From assembly GCA_964626665.1 (NCBI GenBank), contig CAZVGK010000007.1, positions 39,533-103,532 on the forward strand: a stretch of DNA of 64,000 bases. The letters are read 5' to 3'. Of this stretch, positions 17,129 to 26,801 are shown in pieces. The position numbers and the translations under genes were made by a program. The notes beneath the pieces are model-generated. The model had not been told where the DNA came from, did no database searches, and worked only from the letters and a program-made list of their open reading frames with translations. Source of the DNA: an uncultured Gemmatimonadota bacterium (GTDB lineage Bacteria; SM23-81; DAOVCL01). How positions within the stretch are numbered: position 1 is the stretch's first letter; each line of letters begins with the position of its first letter.

Positions 17129-18547
17129 ATGAAAGCCTATGTAAATGGAAGATGGATAGAGGGAGGGGGAAGCTTCCCGGTCCACAATCCCTATAACAAC
17201 CAACAGATAGGATCTGCCCCTCTGCTCTCCCCTCAAGATGTGAGGGAAGCGGTACACGGAGCTAAAGAGGGCTTGGCCCAGATGGATTCCCTCTCCGCGT
17301 ACCAACGTTACCAGATACTCCAGAGGGCGGCCTTAGGGTTAGAGGAGGCCACAGAGAAGTTCGCCCACCTCCTCTCCCTGGAGGTGGGTAAAACTATCAG
17401 GGAGGCCAGAGGGGAGGTCTCCCGGGCAATCTAGACACTTACCCTCTCTGCAGAGGAGGCCAAGAGGATTGGGGGGGAGGTGGTTCCCTTCGGCTCTGCC
17501 CCCGGTTCCGGGGAGAGGATTGGCTTCTACCTCAGGGTTCCCATTGGGGTTGTTGCGGCCATTACCCCTTTCAACTTTCCCCTTAACCTGGCTTTACACA
17601 AGGTGGCCCCGGCTTTGGCTGCCGGCAATAGCGTCATCCTCAAGCCCGCCTCGGCCACACCCCTCACCAGTGAGCTCCTCTGCCAGCTTCTCTTAGATGC
17701 TGGCCTCCCTTCCAGGGCGATTAGCCTGGTCACCGGAAAGAGGGAGGAGGTGGGGGAAGCCTTGGTCAGGGATGAAGGGGTAAGGATGATTACCTTCACC
17801 GGATCTCTGGAGGTAGGGAAGAGGATAATGGGGGGATTGGGCTTGAAGAAGGCCACTATGGAGTTGGGTTCCAACTCTGCGGTAATCGTGGAACGGGATG
17901 CCCTCCTCTCAGAGGCCCTCCCCCGGATAAGGGATGGGGCCTTTGCCCTTGCCGGACAGGTCTGCATCTCGGTGCAGCGGGTCTATGTGCAGGAGGGGAT
18001 ATACGATGAATTCTTAAGTGGCTTTATCCCCTTAGCCCAAGAGCTAAAATCGGGAGATCCCTTAGATGAGACAACCGATATGGGGCCGATGATCTCTCCC
18101 CAGGCCGCGCAGCGGGCCAGGGAATGGGTGGAGGAGGCCATGGAAAGGGGAGGGAAGCTCCTTTGCGGTGGGGAGATAGAGGGGAGTTTTATGCAGCCCA
18201 CCGTGCTGGCCCAAGTCTCCCGGGACTGTCGGGTTTGCTCCCAGGAGGCTTTTGCCCCTCTGGTGGTGGTCAATCCCTATACCGAGCTTGATGAGGCCAT
18301 TGAAGAGGTAAACAATTCCATATATGGCCTGCAGGCAGGGATATATACACAGGATCTCGATCGGGCCCTCAAAGCAGCACGCAAAATAGAGGTGGGAGGG
18401 GTAATCATAAATGACATCCCCACTTTCCGGGTTGATCTTATGCCCTATGGTGGGGTAAAAGGAAGCGGCTTAGGCCGGGAGGGACCTAAATATGCAAGGG
18501 AAGAATTCACCCAGCCAAAACTTGTCTCCATCAAGCTCCATAAGTAG
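17129..18547 (+). pseudogene. Aldehyde dehydrogenase family gene with in-frame TAG at 17432-17434
   Basis: ORFs 17111..17434 and 17480..18547 share a frame; EVSRAI*TLTLSAEEAK; ITPFNFP, FTGS, ELGSN, GQVC, EAFAP, PYGGVKGSG intact. Confidence 0.85.
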
Positions 18548-19706
18548 GGTTCTGGTCATCGTCTTAGATGGAGTGGGGGTGGGAGAGCTACCCGATGCAG
18601 GGGAGTACGGGGATAAGGGCTCAAATACCTTAGGCAACCTGGCCCGAGCCGTGGGTGGGCTGAATCTGCCCAACCTGGAGCTTATGGGCCTGGGGAACAT
18701 CATCCAGATAGAGGGGGTGGCACCTCAACAATCCCCCCAGGCGAACTTCGGTAAACTCCGGGAGAGAGCCCCGGGGAAGGATTCCACCTCCGGCCACTGG
18801 GAGCTGATGGGATTAACCCTAAAGAGGCCTCTTCCCACTTATCCCCATGGCTTTCCCCCTGAGCTAATTGCTAAGTTTGAGTCGAGGATTGGAAGGAAAA
18901 TCTTAGGAAACTATCCCGCCTCCGGAACCCAGATCATCCAAGAGTTAGGGGAGGAACACCAGCGGAAGGGATGGCCCATCGTCTATACATCTGCGGATAG
19001 CGTCTTCCAGGTTGCCGCCCATGAGGAGATCATCCCCCCGGAGGAGCTATACCAAATCTGCTTACAGGCCAGGGAGATCCTCACCGGCGAAAATGAAGTG
19101 GGGAGGGTGATCGCCCGTCCCTTTTTGGGCCAACCCGGCTCCTACTTTAGGACGGAGCGGAGGAGGGATTTTTCCCTACCCCCCCCGGGGGATACAGTCC
19201 TCAACCTATTGAAGAGAAATGGCTATCCGGTGGTAGGAATAGGCAAGATCCCCGACCTCTTTGCCGGGAAGGGGTTTACCAAGACCGTAAAGGCCAAGAG
19301 AAACCAAGAGAATATGGCCAGGGTCCTGGAGACCTGCCGCCGGGTAGAAAGGGGCTTTATATTCACCAACCTGGTGGACTTCGATATGCTCTGGGGACAT
19401 AGAAACAACCCTCAGGGATTTGCCCAGGGATTGGAGGAATTTGATAACTGGCTGCCCCATCTCTTAGAGATTCTCACACCCTCCGATCTTCTCCTCATCA
19501 CCGCAGACCACGGCTGCGATCCTACCACCCCCAGCACCGACCACTCCCGGGAATATGTGCTCGTCTTAACTTGGGGTAAGGGGATAAGATCTGGGGTGGA
19601 CTTAGGAACAAGGGATACCTTTGCCGACCTGGGAGCGACCATATCCCAGGCCCTGGGGATCAGGGGAACAGGGGAGGGAAGGAACTTCCTGGGGGAGATA
19701 GTTTGA
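18522..19706 (+). CDS. deoB: Phosphopentomutase (start codon uncertain)
   Basis: VIVLDGVGVG, GKDSTSGHWE, YTSADSVFQ, GRVIARPF, NLVDFD..GHR, TADHGCDPT, DHSRE. Confidence 0.93.
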   Translation: MSPSSSISRVLVIVLDGVGVGELPDAGEYGDKGSNTLGNLARAVGGLNLPNLELMGLGNIIQIEGVAPQQSPQANFGKLRERAPGKDSTSGHWELMGLTLKRPLPTYPHGFPPELIAKFESRIGRKILGNYPASGTQIIQELGEEHQRKGWPIVYTSADSVFQVAAHEEIIPPEELYQICLQAREILTGENEVGRVIARPFLGQPGSYFRTERRRDFSLPPPGDTVLNLLKRNGYPVVGIGKIPDLFAGKGFTKTVKAKRNQENMARVLETCRRVERGFIFTNLVDFDMLWGHRNNPQGFAQGLEEFDNWLPHLLEILTPSDLLLITADHGCDPTTPSTDHSREYVLVLTWGKGIRSGVDLGTRDTFADLGATISQALGIRGTGEGRNFLGEIV

Positions 19707-19977
19707 CAAGAATTACCATTTTGGACAGGATGAACAGGATAAATGAAAATCGTCCACCCACGCTCTCCTTGTATGGGTTACATCTAAGCGAGTTAGGATG
19801 TAGGAGGCATCTCCTGATGCCGATCAAAAGTGTGCTGTCAGGAGTTGCCTCTTCTGCCTGGAATCCCGTCGGAACGGGGCTGACAGCTCTTGCAATAGAC
19901 GGGATGGAGGGGATGAATAAAGATCCTGTAAATCCTGTTATCCCGTCAGAAAAGTCCCGCCGCAGAGCGTTAAGTTT

Positions 19978-20370
19978 ATGTCTCGAAAATTTGAAGAGCT
20001 AATAGAAAGGGCAAGCCAGGCCCAGAGCAAAGCCTATGCTCCCTACTCCGGGTTCAAGGTAGGAGCGGCTATCCTCACCGAGGATGGCGAGATCTACAGT
20101 GGCTGCAATGTAGAGAACTCCTCCTATGGGCTAACCATCTGTGCGGAGAGAGTGGCCCTCTTCAAGGCAGTCTCCGCGGGTAAACAGAAGTTTAAGCAAT
20201 TGGCTATCTTCTCCGATAGGCTGGCCTACCCCTGTGGGGCTTGCCTCCAGGCCTTGGCCGAGTTCTCCCCGGGGATGGAGGTCTGCTTAGCCAGCAGCCA
20301 GGGGGAGCTAAAGAGGTTCAATCTTAAGGATCTTCTTCCCCAACCGTTTAGAATGAACAATAACCAATGA
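19978..20370 (+). CDS. cdd: Cytidine deaminase
   Basis: AYAPYSGFKVGAA, GCNVEN, CAERVA, PCGACLQ. Confidence 0.95.
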   Translation: MSRKFEELIERASQAQSKAYAPYSGFKVGAAILTEDGEIYSGCNVENSSYGLTICAERVALFKAVSAGKQKFKQLAIFSDRLAYPCGACLQALAEFSPGMEVCLASSQGELKRFNLKDLLPQPFRMNNNQ

Positions 20371-20686
20371 TCAATTAGCAATGCAAATGACACCCCTCCC
20401 CCCTTCCGTGAAAGAATAGTCTCCTTAATTTGTGTTGATGATAGCGGGGGCTACAACTAAGCAATCAAGGGGCTTTGGCTAGCATGTTGATCCTAAAAAT
20501 GTGCTGTCAGGAGGCAACTCTTGACAGCACTTAAGGGAAACCTCTTCCACAAAATCCCCGAGCGGTCAGATCTCACATCTAAGCCATCAGAATCCCGATT
20601 CTGGCAGTGAAGATGGTAGAAAGAAACAGGGAACCGCAGATTTACGCGGATATGCGCTGGTAGGGCTCTGCCCTACCAGGCAAGGA

Positions 20687-20757
20687 TTCCACCGCACTTT
20701 ATTGCGGGTCCTTCTATGGAGCTAAAGCCCCATAACCCCAGCTAAAGCTGGGTAGAA
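20687..20757. mobile_element. TTCTAC-family miniature element
   Basis: TTCCACCGCACTTTATTGCGG...CCAGCTAAAGCTGGGTAGAA. Confidence 0.65.
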
Positions 20758-20790
20758 TGGAGAAAATAGGAAGTGTCCCTATTTTCTATT

Positions 20791-20951
20791 TAGTGTCTGT
20801 CCGGGAATCCAGTTTTGAGGGAGATGTCATTGCGAGGAGTGAGGGACGAACGACGAAGCAATCCCTTTATTTCCAGGAGATTGCTTCGCTCCTTTCAGTC
20901 GCTCGCAATGACGGAAATATTTCAATTTTGGTAGTTTTCGGACAGACACTA
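20791..20951. mobile_element. TAGTGTCTGTCCG...CGGACAGACACTA MITE carrying a GTCATTGCGAG element
   Basis: 13-bp perfect terminal inverted repeat; internal TGTCATTGCGAG...GAAGCAATC...GATTGCTTC...CTCGCAATGAC (20825-20912). Confidence 0.7.
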
Positions 20952-21054
20952 TTTAGATATCCGAGCGTATTTCCCAGACTCTGAATCTGTGAATAGGGCT
21001 TTACGTTGTTTAATTCCACTGCTGCCCAAAAAACATAGAGCAAAGGATAAGAAA

Positions 21055-21110
21055 GCCTAACAAGGCGCTGCACCTGACCGCCAACAGCGTGGCAGTTTTC
21101 TAAAGTTTTG
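21055..21110 (+). other. Truncated attC-like site (left half only)
   Basis: GCCTAAC (RYYYAAC) AAGGCGCTGCACCTGACCGCC, similar to sites at 12905-12935 and 44870; no matching right half. Confidence 0.5.
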
Positions 21111-21498
21111 TGCCCTATCAAAGTTTAGTGTTTTTTTTTCAAAGTTTGTGCTCCAAATTTTCAAACCACTATTCAGTCTGAGGCGACACGGTATGCTTTG
21201 CGAATGAAGGGGTAAACTCTCCCCAATCATATGCTTCGGATTTCGAAATTGAACCTTAGCTGGTTTCATAAGGCAACATCTTAAAATTTGTGCCAAGTTT
21301 TAGGGTCAAAAAATAGACTCTACTGATTTGAAATCCTCCTGAGCGGTCAGATGCCCTTGGCTGACCACAGGATGGAGAGGTGGCAGAATCGGGGTTCTGT
21401 CACCTCAAGCAAAATTTGTGTCAAGTTTTGCAGCTACCGATTTTCCCCGTCACTCAATCCTCGATTTGCTTAATATCAGGTGCCTCCCTTCGCTTTTT

Positions 21499-24400
21499 TC
21501 AATCACAGTTGGGGTTCCCTCTTTTTGTTAAGTCTACCTCTTTGGTTTCTCCCCCTCTCAGTTCAAAGACCTCATCCCTAACCTGTACCTTCATTGGTTC
21601 TGCACCGCCGGGAAGGGCTTTAATTTTCAGATTGTCGTTACCAATGTCCAGATCAAGCCAATGCCCCCGATATCGAAGATGAAAACTCACCACCTTTATC
21701 TCATCAGGGAATGAAGGATTAAACCTCAGTATATCACCGCGTGTCTCCAATCCTGTATAGCCCCGGGCAAGCATATCCACACAGCCGGCCATGGCCCCGA
21801 GATGGATACCTTCCGGAGTGGTGCCGCCCTGAATATCGGCCATGTCTGTCTTCAGGGCCTGATTAAAGAGTTCCCACGAGCGTTCCCTGTCCCGCCGAGC
21901 AGCCACCCAGGAATGGACAATCCAGCTCAGGGACGAGCCGTTGGAGGTGCGTTTCAGGTAATAATCGATGTTTTGGGGGATGGTTTCATATTCAAAGGGG
22001 TAGCCAAGTTGGTTGAATAGCTTTTCCAGTTCCTCCGCGCTAAGGAGATAAAAGAGCATCAGGACATCGGCCTGTTTGGAGACCTTGTAACGGTTGGGAG
22101 TGTCCCCCTCAGCCTCCAGTATACGGTCCAGACGCTGGATATTCCCATACTTCTTTTGATAACCTTCCCAGTCGAACTCCTCCAGGCGGTCATATCCCTC
22201 AAACTGGCTGATGATCCCGCCATCGTGAAAAGCAACCCGCATCTTGTGGCTCATCTCTTCCCATCTCTCTATCTCCGCTTTTTTTATGTCGAGTTTTTCG
22301 CATAGCTGCCTCCACTGCTCTTTAGGGAGAAGGTGAGGCAGCTCCAGGGCGCGGTTCATCACAAAGGCCACCATAATGTTGGTGTAGGCGTTGTTGTTCA
22401 GGCCAGGCTGATCGGCTCCGGGATAGCTGTCATGATATTCGTCTGGGCCCATGACGCCATGGATCTCGTACCGTTCAAGCTCCCGGTTATAGGTGGCTAT
22501 ACTGGCCCAGAAACGGGCGATCTCCAGGATCATCTCACCTCCGTAAAAGGACAAAAAATCTAAGTCGTTAGTGATCTGGCAGTACTGCCATATATTATGG
22601 ACAATGGCAACATTTATGTGCCGCTGCAGATGCGAATTGTCCGGGTGCCAGCGGCCTGATTTTGGGTTGAGATGGACCAGTTGGGTCTCCTCCCTGCCGT
22701 TACTTGCACTCTGCCACGGATACATAGCCCCTTTGTAGCCAAGCTTGCGAGCGGCCCGCCGGGCCTCTTTGAGACGGCGATAGCGATACATTAGCAAGGT
22801 CCGGGTAATCTCAGGAGCCCTATAGTTAAGAACAGGGAAAATAATCATCTCATCCCAGAATATGTGTCCCCGGTAAGCCTCGCCGTGCCAGCCCCGGGAG
22901 GGCATCCCCACATCAATATCGATGGAGTGCATAGAAGAGCTTTGCAGAATGTGGAAGCTGTATAAACGGATGGTTCTCTGTATTTCATGATCAACTGCGG
23001 AGGCACTGAATTTCGCCCTGATGTCAAACCTGCGCCATTGATGTTCCCAGGTAAGGCTATGAGACCGAAGCAAACCGGCGAATCTTTCGGCGGCCACAAC
23101 CACCTTCTCCGCCTCCAGGGCGCACTCAGAGACAGCAGGATCCCGGGAGGTAAACAAGGAAACCGTCTTTTCTATGGTGAGGTCGGCCCCTCTGGTAAGC
23201 TCTACTATAAAGTGTTGGGCAATATAGCCGGGCTCCCTCACTGGTTTAGGTTCAACAACCCAGGGTTCGCTATCACGGAAGATTTCAGTCCTTGCCCCCA
23301 GCGCCACTTCCAACCTAGATTGATTGGTGCGCACCTTCAAAAGCATGCTGTTCTCATTAATCCTCCTGCTTTCCACCGGCTTCAGGTGCTTGTTATTCAA
23401 GTTCTTATAACGTTCCACGCCGGAGTTGGTGATTCGACCATCCAAGGCGGAGCTAATCTCTAATTTTCCAGCCCAGTTTAACGGCGTAATAACGGTCTCC
23501 AGGCCCGCCAAATGCATGTCTCCTGCGTGGACCAGGCGGCGCTGGAGCAGCCTAGTTTCCCTGCCTTTCTGGTCCCGGAACCGCACCGTCCGGTGGAGTA
23601 CCCCTCTCTTGATATCCAGATATTGATGGTAGCAAAGTATCTTCACCGCCTCCAAATCAAACCATTCCTCATCCGGGATGCGGAAATTGAGGCAAAGCCA
23701 GTTAGGCATATTGACCAGGTCCTCGTTTTCTATGGTGCGGCCAGGCATTTTTGTCTTCAGGCGGTTGTAGCCTCCGGCCAGGTAGGTTCCGGGATAGTGG
23801 ACATTACCCGCGTTTGCCTCTGGCGCTGCCCCCCGGGTGGCAAAATAACCGTTTCCCAGGGTACACAGCGCCTCCCTCAGACCTTCTTCCTGGGGATCAA
23901 ACCCCTCATATGTCAGGGACCAACTCCTCCCTTCTTCCAGCGCTGGGGTCAGTTTCTGCAGAAACTCCAGAACCTGATTGGGGGATTCCAGCCTGGACAC
24001 AGCCTCCGTGGATCGGGAACCTTCCCCTACCACAATGGCTATGCCACGCCCGGCAAGTGCCTCAAAGGCATCCTCATCGGTGATATCATCTCCTATATAA
24101 AAGGGAAAGATCCCTGGACCAACAAGATCCAAGGTGTCCAGAAGCCAAAAGAGTGCTTCTCCCTTATCCCAGTCGATGTCGGGCCTCAGTTCATAGACCT
24201 TCTTCCCCTCTGCCTTGCGAAGCTTGGGATAAAGTCCAATCATCTGATCTACAACCTCTTCCACCGAACCAACCTGTTTGGCCTCAACATTTCGGTAATG
24301 AACCGCAATGGAAAATCTCTTGCGCTCCACCTGGGCGCCATCGATACTCGTAAGTTGCTGTTTCAGTTTGTCTTCTACCTCATCGATCACCGGGAGGAGT

Positions 24401-25473
24401 TTTTTGGCTTCATTATGCTCCAACCTAAGACCTCCCGGTCCCTCTATCTCGAAACCGTGGCTGCCTGCATAATAGAGGTTGTCAATATCCACCCTCTCTT
24501 TCACATCTTTAAGGCCTCTTCCACTTATTATCGCTACGAGGCATTGATCGGCCAAGCTGGTAAGCGTTTTTCGCATCTCTTCAGAGAGGATGGCATCCTC
24601 GGGATGGGAGACAATCGGGGTTAGTGTGCCGTCATAATCGAGAAAAACGACTACCTCTTTGCCTTCTATCTGCTCCTTGATTTTCTCAAAGGAGTCCAGG
24701 GCATGGGGAAGTTCCCTTATCTCGGCCGCCATTTCTATTTCCGAAAGGTCCTCGACTACCAGGTCGGCTCCCCCCTCTTTCAGCGCTTTTTCCTGGTGTG
24801 CACGATCTACTCCGATAACCAGGCCAAAGTTCCCTTTGCTTCCCGCCTGAACCCCGGAGACAGCATCCTCCACCACCACGCTCCTTTCCGGTTTAACCTT
24901 CAGCCGCCGGGCTGCCTCCAGAAAGATGTCCGGGTCAGGTTTGCCCATAAGGTCAAGGCTCTCCGCGTCCACCCCGTCCATCTTAGCATCAAACAGGCCA
25001 GTGATACGGGCCGCATCCAGGATATTAACACAGTTCTTGCTGGAAGAGACGATGGCAGTCTTAAAGCCTCCCTTTCTGAGCCGGTTGATCAAGTCTATGG
25101 TGGATTCATAGACCTCCACCCCTTCACTTTTCAGCCGCTTCAAGAACAGCCGGTTTTTCCTGTTCCCCAGTCCGCAAACCGTTTCTTCATCGGGTGAATC
25201 AGCAACATTGCCGTATGCAATCTCTATGCCCCGGGAGATAAGAAAGCTCTTCACTCCGTCATAACGGGGTTTGCCATCAACCCATTTGCGATACTCTACA
25301 TCGGAATCAAAGGGTTTAAATGTTCCGCCCTCGCCGTGTTTCTGCAGATATTCATCGAACAGTTCCTTCCATGCCTGAGCATGAATTTTGGCGGTTTTAG
25401 TAACTACTCCATCCATATCAAAAATAACCGCGTCATACCCACCTCTGGAGATTTTATGTTTCTTATTACTCAT
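21499..25473 (-). CDS. Triple fusion: beta-phosphoglucomutase-like HAD, trehalose-6-phosphate phosphatase and GH65 (OtsB1-like)
   Basis: FDMDGVV..GKPDP..VEDA; FLDYDGTL..SGR..WDKG..GDDITDED; GH65 motifs TLGNGY, GEAYRGHIFWDE, GPDEYH, KQADVL, GIHLGAMAG. Confidence 0.92.
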   Translation of the reverse strand: MSNKKHKISRGGYDAVIFDMDGVVTKTAKIHAQAWKELFDEYLQKHGEGGTFKPFDSDVEYRKWVDGKPRYDGVKSFLISRGIEIAYGNVADSPDEETVCGLGNRKNRLFLKRLKSEGVEVYESTIDLINRLRKGGFKTAIVSSSKNCVNILDAARITGLFDAKMDGVDAESLDLMGKPDPDIFLEAARRLKVKPERSVVVEDAVSGVQAGSKGNFGLVIGVDRAHQEKALKEGGADLVVEDLSEIEMAAEIRELPHALDSFEKIKEQIEGKEVVVFLDYDGTLTPIVSHPEDAILSEEMRKTLTSLADQCLVAIISGRGLKDVKERVDIDNLYYAGSHGFEIEGPGGLRLEHNEAKKLLPVIDEVEDKLKQQLTSIDGAQVERKRFSIAVHYRNVEAKQVGSVEEVVDQMIGLYPKLRKAEGKKVYELRPDIDWDKGEALFWLLDTLDLVGPGIFPFYIGDDITDEDAFEALAGRGIAIVVGEGSRSTEAVSRLESPNQVLEFLQKLTPALEEGRSWSLTYEGFDPQEEGLREALCTLGNGYFATRGAAPEANAGNVHYPGTYLAGGYNRLKTKMPGRTIENEDLVNMPNWLCLNFRIPDEEWFDLEAVKILCYHQYLDIKRGVLHRTVRFRDQKGRETRLLQRRLVHAGDMHLAGLETVITPLNWAGKLEISSALDGRITNSGVERYKNLNNKHLKPVESRRINENSMLLKVRTNQSRLEVALGARTEIFRDSEPWVVEPKPVREPGYIAQHFIVELTRGADLTIEKTVSLFTSRDPAVSECALEAEKVVVAAERFAGLLRSHSLTWEHQWRRFDIRAKFSASAVDHEIQRTIRLYSFHILQSSSMHSIDIDVGMPSRGWHGEAYRGHIFWDEMIIFPVLNYRAPEITRTLLMYRYRRLKEARRAARKLGYKGAMYPWQSASNGREETQLVHLNPKSGRWHPDNSHLQRHINVAIVHNIWQYCQITNDLDFLSFYGGEMILEIARFWASIATYNRELERYEIHGVMGPDEYHDSYPGADQPGLNNNAYTNIMVAFVMNRALELPHLLPKEQWRQLCEKLDIKKAEIERWEEMSHKMRVAFHDGGIISQFEGYDRLEEFDWEGYQKKYGNIQRLDRILEAEGDTPNRYKVSKQADVLMLFYLLSAEELEKLFNQLGYPFEYETIPQNIDYYLKRTSNGSSLSWIVHSWVAARRDRERSWELFNQALKTDMADIQGGTTPEGIHLGAMAGCVDMLARGYTGLETRGDILRFNPSFPDEIKVVSFHLRYRGHWLDLDIGNDNLKIKALPGGAEPMKVQVRDEVFELRGGETKEVDLTKRGNPNCD

Positions 25474-25636
25474 TAAGTTGTCTCCATATAAAGGACTTAC
25501 AAAAATTGAGTTTAAACCCCTCTCTCACCGGAAAGATGAAAACCTATTTTCTGGAAGATTCTTATATAATCTGCACTATAATCTTGCAATATCTTGTTTT
25601 TGAGCAAAGTTTCCCAAGTCGGCTTGAACAGTCAAC

Positions 25637-25729
25637 TTCTACCGCACTTTAGTGCGGGTTAAAGGCCTTTAGACCCCTCTTATTAAGGGCTAAAGCCCTT
25701 ACCTACCCCCCGCTTTAGCGGGGGTAGAA
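25637..25729. mobile_element. TTCTAC...GTAGAA miniature element
   Basis: TTCTACCGCACTTTAGTGCGGG...CCCCGCTTTAGCGGGGGTAGAA; abuts a GTAG-type REP at 25732. Confidence 0.7.
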
Positions 25730-26232
25730 GTGTAGGGGTCGCATTTATACGATCCGCCCGGGCTCCGATTCATCGGAGCCCGCACAAGGAACCAAGGGAT
25801 TTACATGACCTGACAGTGGCAGAAGCGGGGTTTTGCCACCTCAAAAAAGAACACTACAAGTAGAAGCAACGATCCCCGAGCAACAATGGTCTTTTGGTTG
25901 CGGCTGCGCTGTGGGAATCTGCGTTCGCCCCGTTAAAGAATTTAGCGACCGTAAGGAGTTAATTTATCTCTAAATCCCTGTTTTTAAGACCTCATTAATT
26001 TCCTCAATCAATCCAAATGTCTGCAGAAATTACATAGCAATTCCCTTGCCATCCAATCATACCTAAAGGGGAAGATTTCACCCTTCAAATCATAATTTGT
26101 TCCTTATTAAGAGCTTAAACGGAAAGATTCTTCCCATAATGTTTAGTAGAACTGGATTTGACCCTGGCTTTGGGGATTGCAATTTACCCTAAGATTCTCG
26201 GAATGCAAAGGAAAAAAATAGAAAAAAATAGG

Positions 26233-26431
26233 AAAAATAGGGACACTTCCCATTTTCTCTGGGGGTTCTCTCCTGCGCGGGTTCGGAAGAGCCCTTCTCA
26301 AAGGGCAGGCATCTTAAGGGGAGATGGATCTGTGAGAATTTTGTTGGTAGAGACAGTACAAAGAAGAATGACTCCTAACCAGGTAACAGCCTAAGAGGGA
26401 TAGCCCCAAAAATGGGAAGTGTTCCTATTTT
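26233..26431. repeat. Inverted pair AAAATAGGGACACTTCCCATTTT / AAAATGGGAAGTGTTCCTATTTT
   Basis: Near-perfect inverted repeats about 150 bp apart; single copies at 20763 and 58117. Confidence 0.65.
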
Positions 26432-26507
26432 CCTAAGGTGGAGGGACTTTTCATCTTGACAGAGGGGGATGGCTTTACTAACTTGTAGCATAAGAATCTC
26501 CATTTTT

Positions 26508-26748
26508 AGACAGGATTGTCAGGATAAGCGAACCTCCCCGCCCACAAGGCGGGGCATCCAAAACAGTCTCCTCCCCCTTGATGGGGGAGGACTAAAGAGG
26601 GGGTGAAAATTATATCCGCTTTCCCCCTCACCCTAACCCTCTCCCACTAGGGGAGAGGGAACTATAAGGATGTCATTCATCCCCGTTCACAGAACGGGGT
26701 ATTCTGATAGGTTTTCATAAAAATCATGTAAATCCTGTCCATCCTGTC
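26508..26748. repeat. Three-layer nested palindromic element
   Basis: Outer GACAGGAT...ATCCTGTC; middle CCCCG-N-CGGGG hairpins (26536, 26681); inner CTCCCCCTTGATGGGGGAG...CCCTCTCCCACTAGGGGAGAGGG. Confidence 0.6.
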
Positions 26749-26801
26749 AGAGAAACCCACCGATCTTGGTTAAGTTCGCAATTCACCCCTGGAGTGAAGA
26801 A

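Noticed and set aside
17432-17434. Genome-wide amber recoding
   Set aside because: TAG ends many intact genes at expected positions; no pyl genes in the window
19703-20002. 99-aa ORF between deoB and cdd
   Set aside because: Composed of ACAGGAT and GCTGTCAGGAG repeat elements
23512-24624. 370-aa plus-strand ORF
   Set aside because: Antisense shadow of the trehalose fusion gene; no recognisable motifs
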